NCBI GenBank assembly: GCA_024679065.1
Contig: JAGIQG010000004.1
Location: forward strand, 31,558,001 to 31,622,000
Origin: Sphyrna mokarran
Lineage: Eukaryota
Length of the DNA: 64,000 nucleotides
Direction of reading: 5' to 3'
The notes under the pieces are model-generated. The model was not told the origin of the DNA. It searched no databases and was given only the letters and a program-made list of their open reading frames with translations. Positions within the stretch are counted from its first letter, which is position 1, and every line of letters begins with the position of its first letter. Made by a program: the position numbers and the translations under genes. Positions 63,250 to 64,000 of the stretch are shown here, one piece after another.

Positions 63250-63425
63250 TAGGGAGAATTTGTTTTGCCAATTAGCCTAAGAGCACATCTTTGGGATGTG
63301 GGAGGAACCGGAGCTCCCGGAGAAAACCCACGCAAGCACGGGGAGAATGCGCAAACTCCCACAGACACAGGCCCAAATCCATGTATCTGCACAGCACAGC
63401 GATAGTCACTGAGCTGTCGTGTTGC
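63250..63425 (-). other. Decayed SINE head plus V-domain embedded in the LINE 3' UTR
   Basis: Minus strand GTCTGTGGGAGTTTGCGCATTCTCCCCGTGCTTGCGTGGGTTTTCTCCGGGAGCTCCGG. Confidence 0.85.
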
Positions 63426-63429
63426 ACAT

Positions 63430-63563
63430 CAGATGGTCCAGGTCAAGCATACACTAACGATGTGAAGCAGTAGGATACTCTCGAAGAAGATCCAAGAGCA
63501 GTCCTCTCACGACCCATCGCGTGTATGCCCCTCATTAGACAACAAGGTGGACCAAAGCACCTG
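63430..63563 (-). ncRNA. Predicted long RNA hairpin in the CR1 3' UTR
   Basis: TGGTCCA/TGGACCA, GGGCATACAC/GTGTATGCTT, GCGATG/CATCGT, AGGA/TCCT and GCTCTTGGA/TTCGAGAGT nested pairings. Confidence 0.7.
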
Positions 63564-64000
63564 TAGGATAAAAACAAGTACATCATCTATTTACACACTT
63601 CCCAGGGACTCCCAAGGCTCATGATCCCTATTTTAAATCAGTTTTCTATAACCCTCCATTCCCATTCTGTTCATGTGCCCATCTAAGTATTTCTTAAATA
63701 ACTCCAGAGTACCTGCCTCCACCACTTTACTTGGCAGCGCATTCCATACCCCACCACCCTCTGTGTGAAAAAACTCCCTCTAGCATCCAAATTATACCTT
63801 ACCCCCCCTCACCCTAAGCCCGTGACCCCTCGTGCTATTTGAGTCCATCCCAGGAAAAAGCTTAGCCCTGTTTACTCTATCTATCCCCTTCAAAATCTTG
63901 TACACCTCTATCAGATCTCCTCTAAGTCTACGTCTTTCTAAGGAAAACAGTCCCAATTTGCCTAATCTCTCCTCGTAACTCAGATCTTCCATACCAGGCA

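Larger units (their letters stand above)
63103..64000 (-). mobile_element. Young CR1 LINE (second subfamily) with the same extended 3' UTR; runs off the window
   Basis: MEDLSYEERLGKLGLFSLERRRLRGDLIEVYKIL...GTLELFKKYLDGHMNRMGMEGYRKLI* (stop ~63633-63635), then the UTR module, CR1 stem-loop and (TTTGTTC)n tail. Confidence 0.95.

Noticed and set aside
1-64000. Host protein-coding genes among the listed ORFs
   Set aside because: The ORFs are short. They are recognisable TE fragments, SINE or low-complexity read-throughs, or unrecognisable, and no consistent exon chain is visible.

Overview
This is repeat-dense, non-coding vertebrate DNA, almost certainly from a shark or other chondrichthyan. The evidence is the HE1/V-SINE-type SINEs, CR1 (HER1-type) LINE fragments, Deu- and Meta-domain-like SINEs, Rex1, RTE, L2 and Penelope relics, PIF/Harbinger-type non-autonomous elements with one fossil Harbinger transposase, and LTR-like repeats. 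No host protein-coding gene, rRNA, true tRNA or CRISPR array can be supported. Nearly all ORFs in the track are transposon debris or chance. The stand-out observation is a pair of young but mutually divergent CR1 LINEs (56568-58136 +, 63103-64000 -). Both carry the same unusual extended 3' UTR. It consists of a 3' splice-acceptor-like site, then a ~120-nt hairpin whose pairing is kept by compensatory changes, then a second hairpin containing a 23-nt identical block, then a SINE V-domain with a decayed Pol III head, and finally the normal CR1 tail. Family names come from motif recall, not database searches. Boundaries are approximate unless a target-site duplication (TSD) is given.
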